This document shows, one piece after another, positions 19,441 through 27,415 of a DNA stretch of 36,349 bases (positions within the stretch are counted from its first letter, which is position 1; every line of letters starts with the position of its first letter). The position numbers and the translations under genes were made by a program. Source of the stretch: a virus (lineage: Duplodnaviria; Caudoviricetes); IMG/VR virus record IMGVR_UViG_3300028025_000006, positions 1-36,349 of that record; one strand, given 5' to 3'. The notes beneath the pieces are model-generated. The model was not told where the DNA came from and did not search any database. It saw only the letters and a program-made list of their open reading frames with translations.

Positions 19441-20481
19441 ATGCCAGCTAAACCGTTATCAGACAAAATTGTTGTCGATTCATGGAACGCTTTTTTAGAC
19501 ATAGGGACAAGAGTTGGTGCAGCCGCATCTTTAAACCTCCCTGTTCAAACCCTTAATCATCGAATCAGTATTTATAAACAACGGTTTGGGGATAAGATTG
19601 CACTCAAGCCTGAGTTTACGATTGCCGACATTCCTGATGACGATATAAACGTAGAGGAACTGGTTGAGCATAGGATTAAACAGTTTTCCAAAAAGAAAGA
19701 ACACCAAGAGGCTACCAAGCTAATCCCTGTCAAGGTACATCTGGACGGAGTTATTGGAATCCTACACTTTGGTGATCCGCACGTTGATGATGACGGTACA
19801 GACCTAGAGGCAATACGCCGCCACGGTGATTTAACGCATCAGGAAGGCATCTGGGGTGCAAACGTAGGTGATACTACTAATAATTGGGTTGGACGCTTGG
19901 CAAGGCTCTACGCTAACCAAAGCACATCAGCAGATCAGGCATGGAAACTGGCAGAGTGGTTTATTACTCGCACCAGATGGCTGTATATGATCGGTGGCAA
20001 CCATGACGCATGGTCAGGCTCTAGCGATCCTATCAAGTGGATTTCAAGACAGTCTAAGACTTTGTATCAATCTAGCGAGTGCAGAATTGCGCTGCGTTTT
20101 CCAAACAAGCGAGAAGTTATTGTAAATGCTCGGCACGACTTTGCCGGACACTCACAATGGAATCCCGCACATGGTCAGATGAAAGCTGCACAGATGGGGC
20201 AGCGTGACCATATTATGATTTCTGGACACAAGCACACATCTGGCTACGGTATTGTAAAAGACCCGTCTACAGGTAAAGTCTGCCATGCCATTCAGGTAGC
20301 GTCTTACAAACTATTTGACACTTACGCCAAAGAGCGTGGCTTTAGAGATCAATCTCTCTCCCCTGCTTGCATGACTGTTATTGACCCATCTTTGGCTACA
20401 GACCATCCAGACATGGTTAAAGTGTTCTGGACACCAGAGGAAGGTGCCGAGTTTGTCAAATGGAAAAGGAAACGCAAATGA
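19441..20481 (+). CDS. Calcineurin-like metallophosphoesterase with an N-terminal HTH-like segment
   Basis: All five motifs are visible: GDPH, GDTTNN, GNHD, RHD and GHKH. Confidence 0.85.
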   Translation: MPAKPLSDKIVVDSWNAFLDIGTRVGAAASLNLPVQTLNHRISIYKQRFGDKIALKPEFTIADIPDDDINVEELVEHRIKQFSKKKEHQEATKLIPVKVHLDGVIGILHFGDPHVDDDGTDLEAIRRHGDLTHQEGIWGANVGDTTNNWVGRLARLYANQSTSADQAWKLAEWFITRTRWLYMIGGNHDAWSGSSDPIKWISRQSKTLYQSSECRIALRFPNKREVIVNARHDFAGHSQWNPAHGQMKAAQMGQRDHIMISGHKHTSGYGIVKDPSTGKVCHAIQVASYKLFDTYAKERGFRDQSLSPACMTVIDPSLATDHPDMVKVFWTPEEGAEFVKWKRKRK

Positions 20482-20978
20482 GTTTCAACGTAGCGGTTGA
20501 GCGTGTCTTAGGACATGAGGGTGGTTACGTTAATCACCCTGCTGATCCCGGCGGAGAAACTAATTGGGGTGTCACAATTGGCACAGCCAGAGAAAACGGT
20601 TACATGGGGGATATGAAAACCATGAATCGTAACGAGGCTATCGTTATCTACAAACGAGCTTTCTGGGATAAAAACCTGTGCAATGAGATGCCATTTGCCG
20701 TAGCGTTCCAAGTGTTTGATGGCTGCGTGAATCATGGGGCTGGCAATGCCGCTAAATGGCTCCAGAAAGCCGTAGGAGCGCACGCTGATGGTTCTATAGG
20801 CAAGGAGACGGTTTATAAAACAAACGCCTCTGATCCCGTTAAAACGATTCTTAATATGTCAGCAGAGCGTATGCTGTTCTATACGGGTATTCCCCAATGG
20901 AATCATTTTGGGAAAGGTTGGATTAACAGGATGGCAGGAAATGCAAGATACGCCGCAATTGACCTTGCCGGAAGTTGA
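20478..20978 (+). CDS. Endolysin, glycoside hydrolase family 108 with C-terminal peptidoglycan-binding domain
   Basis: HEGGYVNHPADPGGETNWGVT catalytic motif and FGKGWINR C-terminus; ATGA-coupled start at 20478. Confidence 0.92.
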   Translation: MSFNVAVERVLGHEGGYVNHPADPGGETNWGVTIGTARENGYMGDMKTMNRNEAIVIYKRAFWDKNLCNEMPFAVAFQVFDGCVNHGAGNAAKWLQKAVGAHADGSIGKETVYKTNASDPVKTILNMSAERMLFYTGIPQWNHFGKGWINRMAGNARYAAIDLAGS

Positions 20979-21174
20979 TCGCTGGAAAAATCGGCGCAAG
21001 ATGGCTTGGCTGTCGATGGCTGCTGGGTTACTGTTTCCCCTGCTAGTTTTAGGCACGAACGATCCTAATTTGGGAGCGATTGCTGCGCCGTTCTATGTGT
21101 TTGTAACGGGTGTTGTGGGCGCTTATATTGGCTTTGCAACGTATGACGATACACATAGGAAACCAAATGCCTAA
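20941..21174 (+). CDS. Holin-like protein with two transmembrane helices
   Basis: RWKNRRKMAW followed by two hydrophobic helices; lies between endolysin and spanins. Confidence 0.7.
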   Translation: MQDTPQLTLPEVDRWKNRRKMAWLSMAAGLLFPLLVLGTNDPNLGAIAAPFYVFVTGVVGAYIGFATYDDTHRKPNA

Positions 21175-21673
21175 CTTTAAACTTATCCTAATCGCCGCAC
21201 TTTCTGCGTTGATTGTTGGCGCAACCTCTACTTGGTGGATCACCACCTCGTATAAGGAAAACAAGTACAAGGCTATCATTTCTCAAATGCGGCTAGATGC
21301 CGCCAATGCTTTAGCCGATGCTACCAAAAGGTCTTTGGATATAGAGCGCGAGAATAATAGACTTGCCGTTGAGATAGAGGTTCAAAATGCTGAAAACCGT
21401 AAAAAGCTGGATGACATACAAGTTGACAATCTTAGGCTTGCTAGTGAGTATTCAGGGCTGTATGACCGTTACGCCGCCTCAAGTGATTGCTCCGTGTCCC
21501 CCAATCCCATCGCCTCCTCCAAGCCTATTGCTGCCGCCTCCGGTGCCAGACTTTCAGACCCGCTTGCAAAACTACTTCTTTCCGAATCACGCAGGGCAGA
21601 CGAGGCAGCAGCTTACGCCACTACCTGTTACCAATGGATCAAGTCGTTAAGGGAACAAGAGTCTGCTCGATAG
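21167..21673 (+). CDS. Rz: Inner-membrane spanin (Rz-like)
   Basis: N-terminal TM helix, periplasmic coiled coil and RADEAA..ATTCYQWI C-terminus; contains a nested lipoprotein ORF. Confidence 0.85.
   Translation: MPNFKLILIAALSALIVGATSTWWITTSYKENKYKAIISQMRLDAANALADATKRSLDIERENNRLAVEIEVQNAENRKKLDDIQVDNLRLASEYSGLYDRYAASSDCSVSPNPIASSKPIAAASGARLSDPLAKLLLSESRRADEAAAYATTCYQWIKSLREQESAR
21387..21650 (+). CDS. Rz1: Outer-membrane spanin lipoprotein (Rz1-like), fully embedded in Rz in the +1 frame
   Basis: GAGG RBS, signal peptide with lipobox-like IQG-C, and a very Pro-rich mature part. Confidence 0.85.
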   Translation: MLKTVKSWMTYKLTILGLLVSIQGCMTVTPPQVIAPCPPIPSPPPSLLLPPPVPDFQTRLQNYFFPNHAGQTRQQLTPLPVTNGSSR

Positions 21674-21821
21674 GTTCACCCAAAGCACGCCCTGCAAAAC
21701 TTTGATAACGCTGCCACTTTGAAATAATTGCAGCATCTTCTGAGGCTGGAATCCATCCAAGCTCTCTCCATCGTTTTGTAATGCACGTTCCTGCTGGGGT
21801 GTATACATATTCATCATTCAT
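21639..21821 (-). CDS. Hypothetical protein (last gene of the leftward arm)
   Basis: 60-aa ORF MNDEYVYTPAGTCITKRWRELGWIPAS with a GGAG RBS, overlapping the upstream gene end. Confidence 0.65.
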   Translation of the reverse strand: MNDEYVYTPAGTCITKRWRELGWIPASEDAAIISKWQRYQSFAGRALGEPIEQTLVPLTT

Positions 21822-22173
21822 TTGATTCTCCGAGTTTGTTGGATAGTCGGCGGTGTGCCTCATCCAGATTGTTTTGGAACTTCCTTGGTGACATACGACT
21901 AAAGTGCGCTACATGGTTAATGTTGTGATACGGGAAACTTACATAACGCGCTTTTACTGCTACTCTTAATTCTTCTCTCAAGCTACATACAGCAGCCTCT
22001 ACTATGTCTGCGTCTAGGTAGTCTGGCAATATCTCGTCTGTTTCGTCATCATCCCACACAGCACCAGTTTCAGGTAAATAATTACGCTCGGCTGATCTGC
22101 AATGGGTATCTGGCATAGGACCTGTCTCACCTTGTATGGCTAAAGCCCAATTAAACAGACGATCTTTCAGCAT
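21814..22173 (-). CDS. Antiterminator Q-like or sigma-region-4-like late regulator
   Basis: RLFNWA N-terminus, DADIVEAAVCSL and a C-terminal HTH; sits at the end of a nin-like region. Confidence 0.6.
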   Translation of the reverse strand: MLKDRLFNWALAIQGETGPMPDTHCRSAERNYLPETGAVWDDDETDEILPDYLDADIVEAAVCSLREELRVAVKARYVSFPYHNINHVAHFSRMSPRKFQNNLDEAHRRLSNKLGESNE

Positions 22174-22475
22174 ACTTTTAACTTCCCTGATTGAAATAAC
22201 CAAGCTAATGTTCCATTGTGTGCATTTTGCCACATTTCAGCACGTTCGTATTTAGTCATGTCTCTGCCCTGATCTAATTCCATGTGACACCTAAAGCACA
22301 AAGCCGCGATCATGTAGTCGTGTGCCTTAATCCCCATCCCCTTCCCCGCTGCCGCAGAGTTAGAGTGTGCAGCGCATACCGTACCATCCTCCGTCCCGCA
22401 ATTCTGGCAGGGTGACTCTCGGACAACTTCCAGTAGTTTCTTATTTCTGTAGTTTCCACGCATGATATACGGCAC
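22167..22475 (-). CDS. Zn-binding His-Me nuclease-like protein (YbcO/DUF1364/DUF968-like)
   Basis: CQNCG...VCAAHSN...GKGMGIKAHD...ALCFRCH motif. Confidence 0.75.
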   Translation of the reverse strand: MPYIMRGNYRNKKLLEVVRESPCQNCGTEDGTVCAAHSNSAAAGKGMGIKAHDYMIAALCFRCHMELDQGRDMTKYERAEMWQNAHNGTLAWLFQSGKLKVC

Positions 22476-22623
22476 CCTCCAGTTTGTCTGCTGCTACGTC
22501 CCCGCGATGTTTACGCACATTGCCTAAATACCCGGCTCTTTCTTTCTTGGATGGTAGACGGATAATATACGCTACCTCGCACTCATGTCTGTATTGCTCT
22601 GAGTTATTGGGTTCAGTAGCCAC
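22441..22623 (-). CDS. Conserved hypothetical phage protein
   Basis: SEQYRHECEVAYI...RAGYLGNVRKHRG motif; coupled to neighbouring genes. Confidence 0.65.
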   Translation of the reverse strand: MATEPNNSEQYRHECEVAYIIRLPSKKERAGYLGNVRKHRGDVAADKLEGAVYHAWKLQK

Positions 22624-22937
22624 GCTGCTGCCTCATCTGGTCTGGGTGTAAATTTTGCATGAACTTTCAATTTCTTTTCATGCCGCATGATTGTTTGTAT
22701 CTTGATTGGTGGCTTAGGAGCATCTAGTTTATTGCCAGCGGAAAGTACCATTGTTGCTACATTTCGTTTGTTTTGTATCCATTCGGATACATAAATTAGA
22801 TTCTCCATACGCAAGATGCGTATATGATAGCTTACGGTTTTTATTGGAAAACCTGTAAATTTTGCAATGTCTGACGTAGATACAATTGGATGCCTACAAA
22901 TGCAATCCAAGATATGTTGAGAAGTGTTACTTAGCAT
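22572..22937 (-). CDS. Winged-helix DNA-binding protein
   Basis: STSDIAKFTGFPIKTVSYHIRIL HTH followed by a beta wing. Confidence 0.7.
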   Translation of the reverse strand: MLSNTSQHILDCICRHPIVSTSDIAKFTGFPIKTVSYHIRILRMENLIYVSEWIQNKRNVATMVLSAGNKLDAPKPPIKIQTIMRHEKKLKVHAKFTPRPDEAAAWLLNPITQSNTDMSAR

Positions 22938-22944
22938 GATTGCC

Positions 22945-23094
22945 TTAGATACAAGTTGTCATACATCCGGTTGCGCTACAGCATGTTGTGCAAATTGTCA
23001 TTCTACCTCCGGCACTAATTGTGTTGGTTGTGCAAGTCATGGCGATAGCTGCTGTGGTAGACATGGCTAGGATAAGTGCAATAACTGTTTTCAT
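22945..23094 (-). CDS. 49-aa secreted cysteine-rich peptide (not in the ORF track)
   Basis: Manual translation MKTVIALILAMSTTAAIA-MTCTTNTISAGGRMTICTTCCSATGCMTTCI; AAGGA RBS and ATGA overlap with the ninB stop. Confidence 0.8.
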   Translation of the reverse strand: MKTVIALILAMSTTAAIAMTCTTNTISAGGRMTICTTCCSATGCMTTCI

Positions 23095-23453
23095 GTTGTT
23101 TCCTTGTTTGAATGATAAAACTGCATAACTTGCTCTATAAAATCACTAAACTCTTGTTTGGTTAAATCTGTGGTGCTTGGCTCTGACTCCGCCAGATGCC
23201 CGTATGGGAGTTCTACAACACCATAAGGCAAGAATCTTTGCTTGAAATACTTGTGCCAAACCATAACCGTATATTTCTGTCCGTCTACCGTTATCTCCTC
23301 GGCAATATTGTGTACTGTTGTCCAATACAAAGCATTTTGCTCTAGTGTGCGGCTGCGAGGCTTGACCTCTACTGTCCATCCGTCTGGGCAAGTGTCTATG
23401 ATATGATGGACTATGGATCGATCCTTTCCAAGGGATAGCTTTACACGTTCCAT
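23091..23453 (-). CDS. ninB: NinB/Orf-family recombination mediator
   Basis: RSRTLEQNALYW and STTDLTKQEFSDFIEQV motifs. Confidence 0.85.
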   Translation of the reverse strand: MERVKLSLGKDRSIVHHIIDTCPDGWTVEVKPRSRTLEQNALYWTTVHNIAEEITVDGQKYTVMVWHKYFKQRFLPYGVVELPYGHLAESEPSTTDLTKQEFSDFIEQVMQFYHSNKETT

Positions 23454-23656
23454 TTGGCTTTGCCTACAAGTTCTCCATCTTGCCGGATAAAATACGCCAA
23501 AGGTTTAGCGCATCTTTTTTTAACAATCATCTTTGCTTGGTACTCTGGCAAGCAGTCTGTGCAGATGTGTGATTGTCCGGGACTGCTTTGCCTAGCAGCT
23601 TGTCTCCACAAGATATATTGCTCTTGGCTATCAAAGCACTTTGGATACTTACTCAT
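23441..23656 (-). CDS. Small Cys-containing (likely Zn-binding) hypothetical protein
   Basis: PKCF...CTDC...RC pattern; overlaps its neighbours. Confidence 0.65.
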   Translation of the reverse strand: MSKYPKCFDSQEQYILWRQAARQSSPGQSHICTDCLPEYQAKMIVKKRCAKPLAYFIRQDGELVGKAKWNV

Positions 23657-23834
23657 CTTCTACACCAAACATATCAGACATGACCTCGTAAGCCGTTTGT
23701 AGGCATACAGCAACCATAGCCACAGGCAAAGCAATAATCATGAGTGGAATCCAACACACCACAACTATAAGCATGGCGTAATAGTCAAAACACTTTCCAA
23801 TAAAGTCTTTCATCTTGTTAATCCTTTCTGACAT
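23649..23834 (-). CDS. Small membrane protein
   Basis: Long hydrophobic stretch (AMLIVVVCWIPLMIIALPVAMVAVCL). Confidence 0.6.
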   Translation of the reverse strand: MSERINKMKDFIGKCFDYYAMLIVVVCWIPLMIIALPVAMVAVCLQTAYEVMSDMFGVEDE

Positions 23835-24094
23835 CTATTGTTAAATTCACAGGATGGTGGACTGACGCAAAGGTTGCAGATTGTGTCACTTTGTGTCGCG
23901 TTAACTTCTATTAGTTTGTCTAGGTAATGCCGAGCTTTTTCAAGATCACGCATACCGTTCTTTTCTTTGTACCTAGTAACATATTTGATAATATTTCCCT
24001 CTAGGTACCCCAAGCGATTCATAGTTATGTAATCCCACGGTTGGATTGGTTTTTGATAGTGCTCTCCGTCTACTTGCTTGTCGTTTGCGCTCAT
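23810..24094 (-). CDS. DUF3310 (SaV / T7 gp1.7-like) protein
   Basis: QVDGEHY...GYLEGNIIKYVTRYKEKNGMRDLEKARHYL; ATGA-coupled start at 24094. Confidence 0.88.
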   Translation of the reverse strand: MSANDKQVDGEHYQKPIQPWDYITMNRLGYLEGNIIKYVTRYKEKNGMRDLEKARHYLDKLIEVNATQSDTICNLCVSPPSCEFNNRCQKGLTR

Positions 24095-24234
24095 GATGCT
24101 AGTTTCCATAGTCCAATCTGGCTAAACGCATAACCAGCCCATACCATGCCTGTAGGCATATTGCCTTTATAAAATTGCTCAATACTCACACATAGATATG
24201 CTATTCCGGTTGCAGCGATTAGCCAGCCACTCAT
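24091..24234 (-). CDS. 47-aa two-helix membrane protein (not in the ORF track)
   Basis: MSGWLIAATGIAYLCVSIEQFYKGNMPTGMVWAGYAFSQIGLWKLAS; ATGA overlaps at both ends. Confidence 0.75.
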   Translation of the reverse strand: MSGWLIAATGIAYLCVSIEQFYKGNMPTGMVWAGYAFSQIGLWKLAS

Positions 24235-24374
24235 TTTGGTTTCCTTGCGTAGGGTGATTGATTACGTAGCTCTTTGCAGATGGTGCATCGCCAGCGTTTA
24301 ATCTTGTTTCTGACGATGTACTCACCCTCTGTAGGCTTGCGGTACTGGTTGCAATTACTACAGAATTTATCCAT
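24231..24374 (-). CDS. 47-aa zinc-ribbon protein (not in the ORF track)
   Basis: MDKFCSNCNQYRKPTEGEYIVRNKIKRWRCTICKELRNQSPYARKPK, CxxC...CxxC; coupled start and stop. Confidence 0.75.
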   Translation of the reverse strand: MDKFCSNCNQYRKPTEGEYIVRNKIKRWRCTICKELRNQSPYARKPK

Positions 24375-24628
24375 CAAAACGGTGCCGACTCCATGTCAGC
24401 CATGCTGGGAGCTTGCTTGCGTGGCGCTTGGGCAAAATCATCTTTTGGCTTTGGCTCAAACAGGCTAAACCAGCCATCCCCCCCAACAGGCATAGTTTCT
24501 AGCTTTAGCGCTAACCCGCCAGTTTTGGTGGACATAACAACACCACACTTAACCCAGCGTTTCTTTTCCTGACCGTTCTTGTCTGTGTACGATCCGGTAC
24601 TAGCCATGACTTCGTATTGGATACTCAT
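24374..24628 (-). CDS. Minimal single-stranded DNA-binding-like protein
   Basis: Beta-rich YTDKNGQEKKRW core with an SSB-like C-terminal tail (DMESAPF); follows the exonuclease and annealase. Confidence 0.6.
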   Translation of the reverse strand: MSIQYEVMASTGSYTDKNGQEKKRWVKCGVVMSTKTGGLALKLETMPVGGDGWFSLFEPKPKDDFAQAPRKQAPSMADMESAPF

Positions 24629-25230
24629 TTCGTTCTTTCCTTTAAGCCGCTAACGGCGCTATTTACTTCGTTTAAAAACTCCTGCACTACACTTTCCATC
24701 TTGCTGATGTATTTATTATCCCGATCTAGCCGGACAATAAATAACTGTAGACCATCCGGCAGCCGTGGGTCAAAACTTACAAAGTCGCACCATTTGCGTC
24801 CGGTAACTGCCATCTGGCATTGCATCTGGTTGACATATTTAGCGGGTGCTTTGTCCTGCCGGATATAGTCTATGTGTGTAGATGTGTTGGGACACTTGAT
24901 CTCAATTAGCCCATCCTCACCTACATAACCGTCTGGTGAGCATCCAAACATTTGTATCGTAGGATGGTCAACGAAAGCTATTTGCTCCACTAATGAGCCA
25001 GTTTTGACCTCGTACTCTATTCTTGCTTGCGCCTCATGGTCTACACCCCATTGCATCGCAGCATTGGTAAAAGACTCCGTTTTTACGCTGGTTAACCGTT
25101 CTGCAATTAGGTCAGCCATGTAGTTTTGGTAAGCGGCTGTTGTGGTCTTAGCCATGACATCCGACACGCGGGAGGCTGTCACCTTCCCGGCGCGGAGTGC
25201 AAACCATTCTGGTGAGCCTTGTTCAATCAT
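24625..25230 (-). CDS. YqaJ / lambda-exonuclease family protein
   Basis: QGSPEWFALRAGKVTAS, MQWG, CSPDG, IEIKCP and QMQCQM motifs. Confidence 0.93.
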   Translation of the reverse strand: MIEQGSPEWFALRAGKVTASRVSDVMAKTTTAAYQNYMADLIAERLTSVKTESFTNAAMQWGVDHEAQARIEYEVKTGSLVEQIAFVDHPTIQMFGCSPDGYVGEDGLIEIKCPNTSTHIDYIRQDKAPAKYVNQMQCQMAVTGRKWCDFVSFDPRLPDGLQLFIVRLDRDNKYISKMESVVQEFLNEVNSAVSGLKERTK

Positions 25231-25771
25231 TTGTAGCCGCCATGAGTTCAGTTTTACGCGCCTCTTTAGCTACGTTTAGTTTGGCAAACGCCTCTTTGTC
25301 ATCCTTAAACAGTTTGTATGCAGCGTTAAACTGAGTCTTTAAGGTTTCAATATCGCGTGACTCCTTGATACCTTTAAGTGCTACTTCTACGTCTGCACCA
25401 GAGGAGCTATCAATATCGTCATGCTCTACGATTTCAAGCGCTGTCACCCACAGGTAGCGGCGGATGTATGTTTGTACTGCCCCAAGGTTTTGCACAGCGT
25501 GGCAGCCCTTTAACGCAGCCTCAGACATAGGACTTGTGATCTCAATCTTGCTCAAGTCGCTCATGTCTACAATTGTGAGCGTAGCCAGATCATTTGTGTA
25601 GCTGATGGTGCCGCACAAGCCCAGACCGTTAAAGATGTTTTGGATTGCAGGGATAAAGTCACCTAGCTCAAAGTATTTGTACCCGGCAAACTTGTTGTGA
25701 CCGGACTTTGACAGGGCTGTGTTTTGCAAGTCAATACGCGCTTGCATAAGTTTTTTGTAGACATTCATCAC
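25223..25771 (-). CDS. erf: ERF-family single-strand annealing protein
   Basis: KSGHNKFAGYKYFEL and QNLGAVQTYIRRY...DDID motifs. Confidence 0.88.
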   Translation of the reverse strand: MMNVYKKLMQARIDLQNTALSKSGHNKFAGYKYFELGDFIPAIQNIFNGLGLCGTISYTNDLATLTIVDMSDLSKIEITSPMSEAALKGCHAVQNLGAVQTYIRRYLWVTALEIVEHDDIDSSSGADVEVALKGIKESRDIETLKTQFNAAYKLFKDDKEAFAKLNVAKEARKTELMAATND

Positions 25772-25986
25772 ATATTCCTCGATGCTTTGTAAACGTGAGC
25801 CTCAATCTTGTCTAGCAATGTGCAGACAACTGGATCAGGGCTGTAATAGTTTTCGGAAACTGTTTTAAGCAAATCCATAATAAAATGCTTGTCAGTCATG
25901 TGATTTTCCCAAAACTCTTTGTCTGCTACAGGATACTCACCATCAACAAAGGCTTGGACAATACGGCTGTTGGTTTCGAGGTTCAT
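25768..25986 (-). CDS. Hypothetical protein
   Basis: 72-aa ORF with a GGAG RBS and ATGA coupling. Confidence 0.65.
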   Translation of the reverse strand: MNLETNSRIVQAFVDGEYPVADKEFWENHMTDKHFIMDLLKTVSENYYSPDPVVCTLLDKIEAHVYKASRNM

Positions 25987-26069
25987 AACAACTCCAATAC
26001 TAAAATTGCGCCAGCGGCAAAAGAGGAAATTGCGTACAGTACCGCGTCATAGATTTCTATTGTTTTCAT
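25983..26069 (-). CDS. 28-aa single-TM peptide, first gene of the recombination operon (not in the ORF track)
   Basis: MKTIEIYDAVLYAISSFAAGAILVLELL; CCAAGGA RBS and ATGA overlap with the next gene. Confidence 0.6.
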   Translation of the reverse strand: MKTIEIYDAVLYAISSFAAGAILVLELL

Positions 26070-26095
26070 GTTGTGTCCTTGGTTACAGAGACTCT

Positions 26096-26141
26096 ATTGT
26101 GCTTATTTGCACACATTATTTATATAGGTACTTTCCCTAAT
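26096..26141 (-). promoter_or_regulatory. Leftward promoter with a TAGG-N7-CCTA palindromic site
   Basis: ATAGGTACTTTCCCTAAT (26124-26141) is 16/18 identical to 29415-29432; a -10-like CACAAT on the minus strand begins 31 nt from the palindrome centre. Confidence 0.65.
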
Positions 26142-26144
26142 TGA

Positions 26145-26453
26145 CTAAAACTCAAACTCCTTCATTTCGTAACGTCCTTTAGCGTTTTTAAACCATCCTT
26201 GTACAAGCACTCTCCATCCAGAACGCAGCATTTCGGGAAAAGCCTCGGATGCCTCAATCTTTTTAATCCTGCTGGACATGTTGGACTTACTGGTGACTTG
26301 TACCGCTACAGTCTCTCCGTTACCGATACACAACAAGTCTATACATCCGTATAGATCATGTCTGCGCTTGGTGAAGTAGTTGTAATGATCGCAATTAGCT
26401 ACTTGATAGCCGAGAGATTTCATAAGAGTAATCGAGCGCTGGCTTGGTGTCAT
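26145..26453 (-). CDS. PD-(D/E)XK nuclease, Holliday-junction-resolvase-like
   Basis: LMKSLGYQV...DLYGCIDLLCI...VAVQVT pattern of small restriction-endonuclease-fold phage proteins. Confidence 0.65.
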   Translation of the reverse strand: MTPSQRSITLMKSLGYQVANCDHYNYFTKRRHDLYGCIDLLCIGNGETVAVQVTSKSNMSSRIKKIEASEAFPEMLRSGWRVLVQGWFKNAKGRYEMKEFEF

Positions 26454-26991
26454 TTCGTTTTCCTATAAGAACTGGTTGCTCTTTGTACTGGATACCCGCC
26501 ACGCTGTTTTGTTGGGCTGCTATGCCTGTTAACTGCGTAGGTGCGTCTACTGGCTGTCCTGTCGTTTTAATGCCTCTGTAGCGTGTTTGAAACTCTTTAG
26601 CCACAAAAGCCCATTCATCCTCTTTCTTGTTGCCAAGCGCTACCCAGCCGCCCATGTCATAAATAACCTTGTGAATAATCGGATCGGCAAATTGAACGCT
26701 GCGGTATGTGCCTACGGTTCTTACAGCATTGTCTACGGCTGACCATGCCTCCAAAGCAGTATCAATAGTGGTACCGCCAATAAGTTTTACTACGTCTGCT
26801 GGCTTAGGTAGAAACTGACCGTTATCAGGGTTAAGCAAATGTCTTGCAAGCGCATCTTTTACAGCTTTTAAGTCGTACTGGCGCAGAGACTCAAACCAAA
26901 TGCGTAACAACATAGGGCTAACTTCCTTGTTGTATACGGCAAACATACCGCCCATAAATTGAGCAAATTCTTTTTTATCTTCGTCAACCAT
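26395..26991 (-). CDS. DUF6475-like protein, probable helicase loader (lambda P position)
   Basis: IWFESLRQY...HL...FLPKPAD N-domain and A.EAW..V...V.F.DP.IH.VI..MGGW C-domain; directly downstream of the initiator-like gene. Confidence 0.7.
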   Translation of the reverse strand: MVDEDKKEFAQFMGGMFAVYNKEVSPMLLRIWFESLRQYDLKAVKDALARHLLNPDNGQFLPKPADVVKLIGGTTIDTALEAWSAVDNAVRTVGTYRSVQFADPIIHKVIYDMGGWVALGNKKEDEWAFVAKEFQTRYRGIKTTGQPVDAPTQLTGIAAQQNSVAGIQYKEQPVLIGKRNDTKPALDYSYEISRLSSS

Positions 26992-27415
26992 TTATAAATG
27001 CCTCCGCAGCTTGTCTATTGGATGCCTCAAGAGCTTGTTGCTTGCTTGCCTTATGTTGTACCCACTCAGCTTTAAAACTTGTCCAGCCTCTTGTACAAGT
27101 CTCTGCTAGTGCGTTCTCTAGTGTCCACATTGCTAGGTTTGCTTGGGTCTTAATGTTTTGCAGGGCTGACTCTGTTAATGGTGCCTTTTTGGATGCCCTA
27201 AGTTTACAAAAGTCATCCCACACTTGGTCTGATACCTCGTCTGGTTTTTGCACGCCAGAGGTACGCTTTACAACGGTTTTAGGCTTATCCATGCCTTGCT
27301 CGATGTAGTACAAGACTTGTGATCCAAGTGTGCGGTGGTTGGCTGCTGCGTGTGTGGCAATTAACTTACGCAATTCGGCAGGAAGTCGGATAGAAATTGT
27401 TGCGTCTTTAGTCAT
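26984..27415 (-). CDS. Arc-like ribbon-helix-helix domain fused to a replication-initiator C-terminal-like domain
   Basis: N-terminal ISIRLPAELRKLIATHAAANHRTLGSQVLYYIE (RHH); C-terminal PDEVSDQVWDDFCKLRASKKAPLT...RGWTSFKAEW. Confidence 0.7.
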   Translation of the reverse strand: MTKDATISIRLPAELRKLIATHAAANHRTLGSQVLYYIEQGMDKPKTVVKRTSGVQKPDEVSDQVWDDFCKLRASKKAPLTESALQNIKTQANLAMWTLENALAETCTRGWTSFKAEWVQHKASKQQALEASNRQAAEAFING

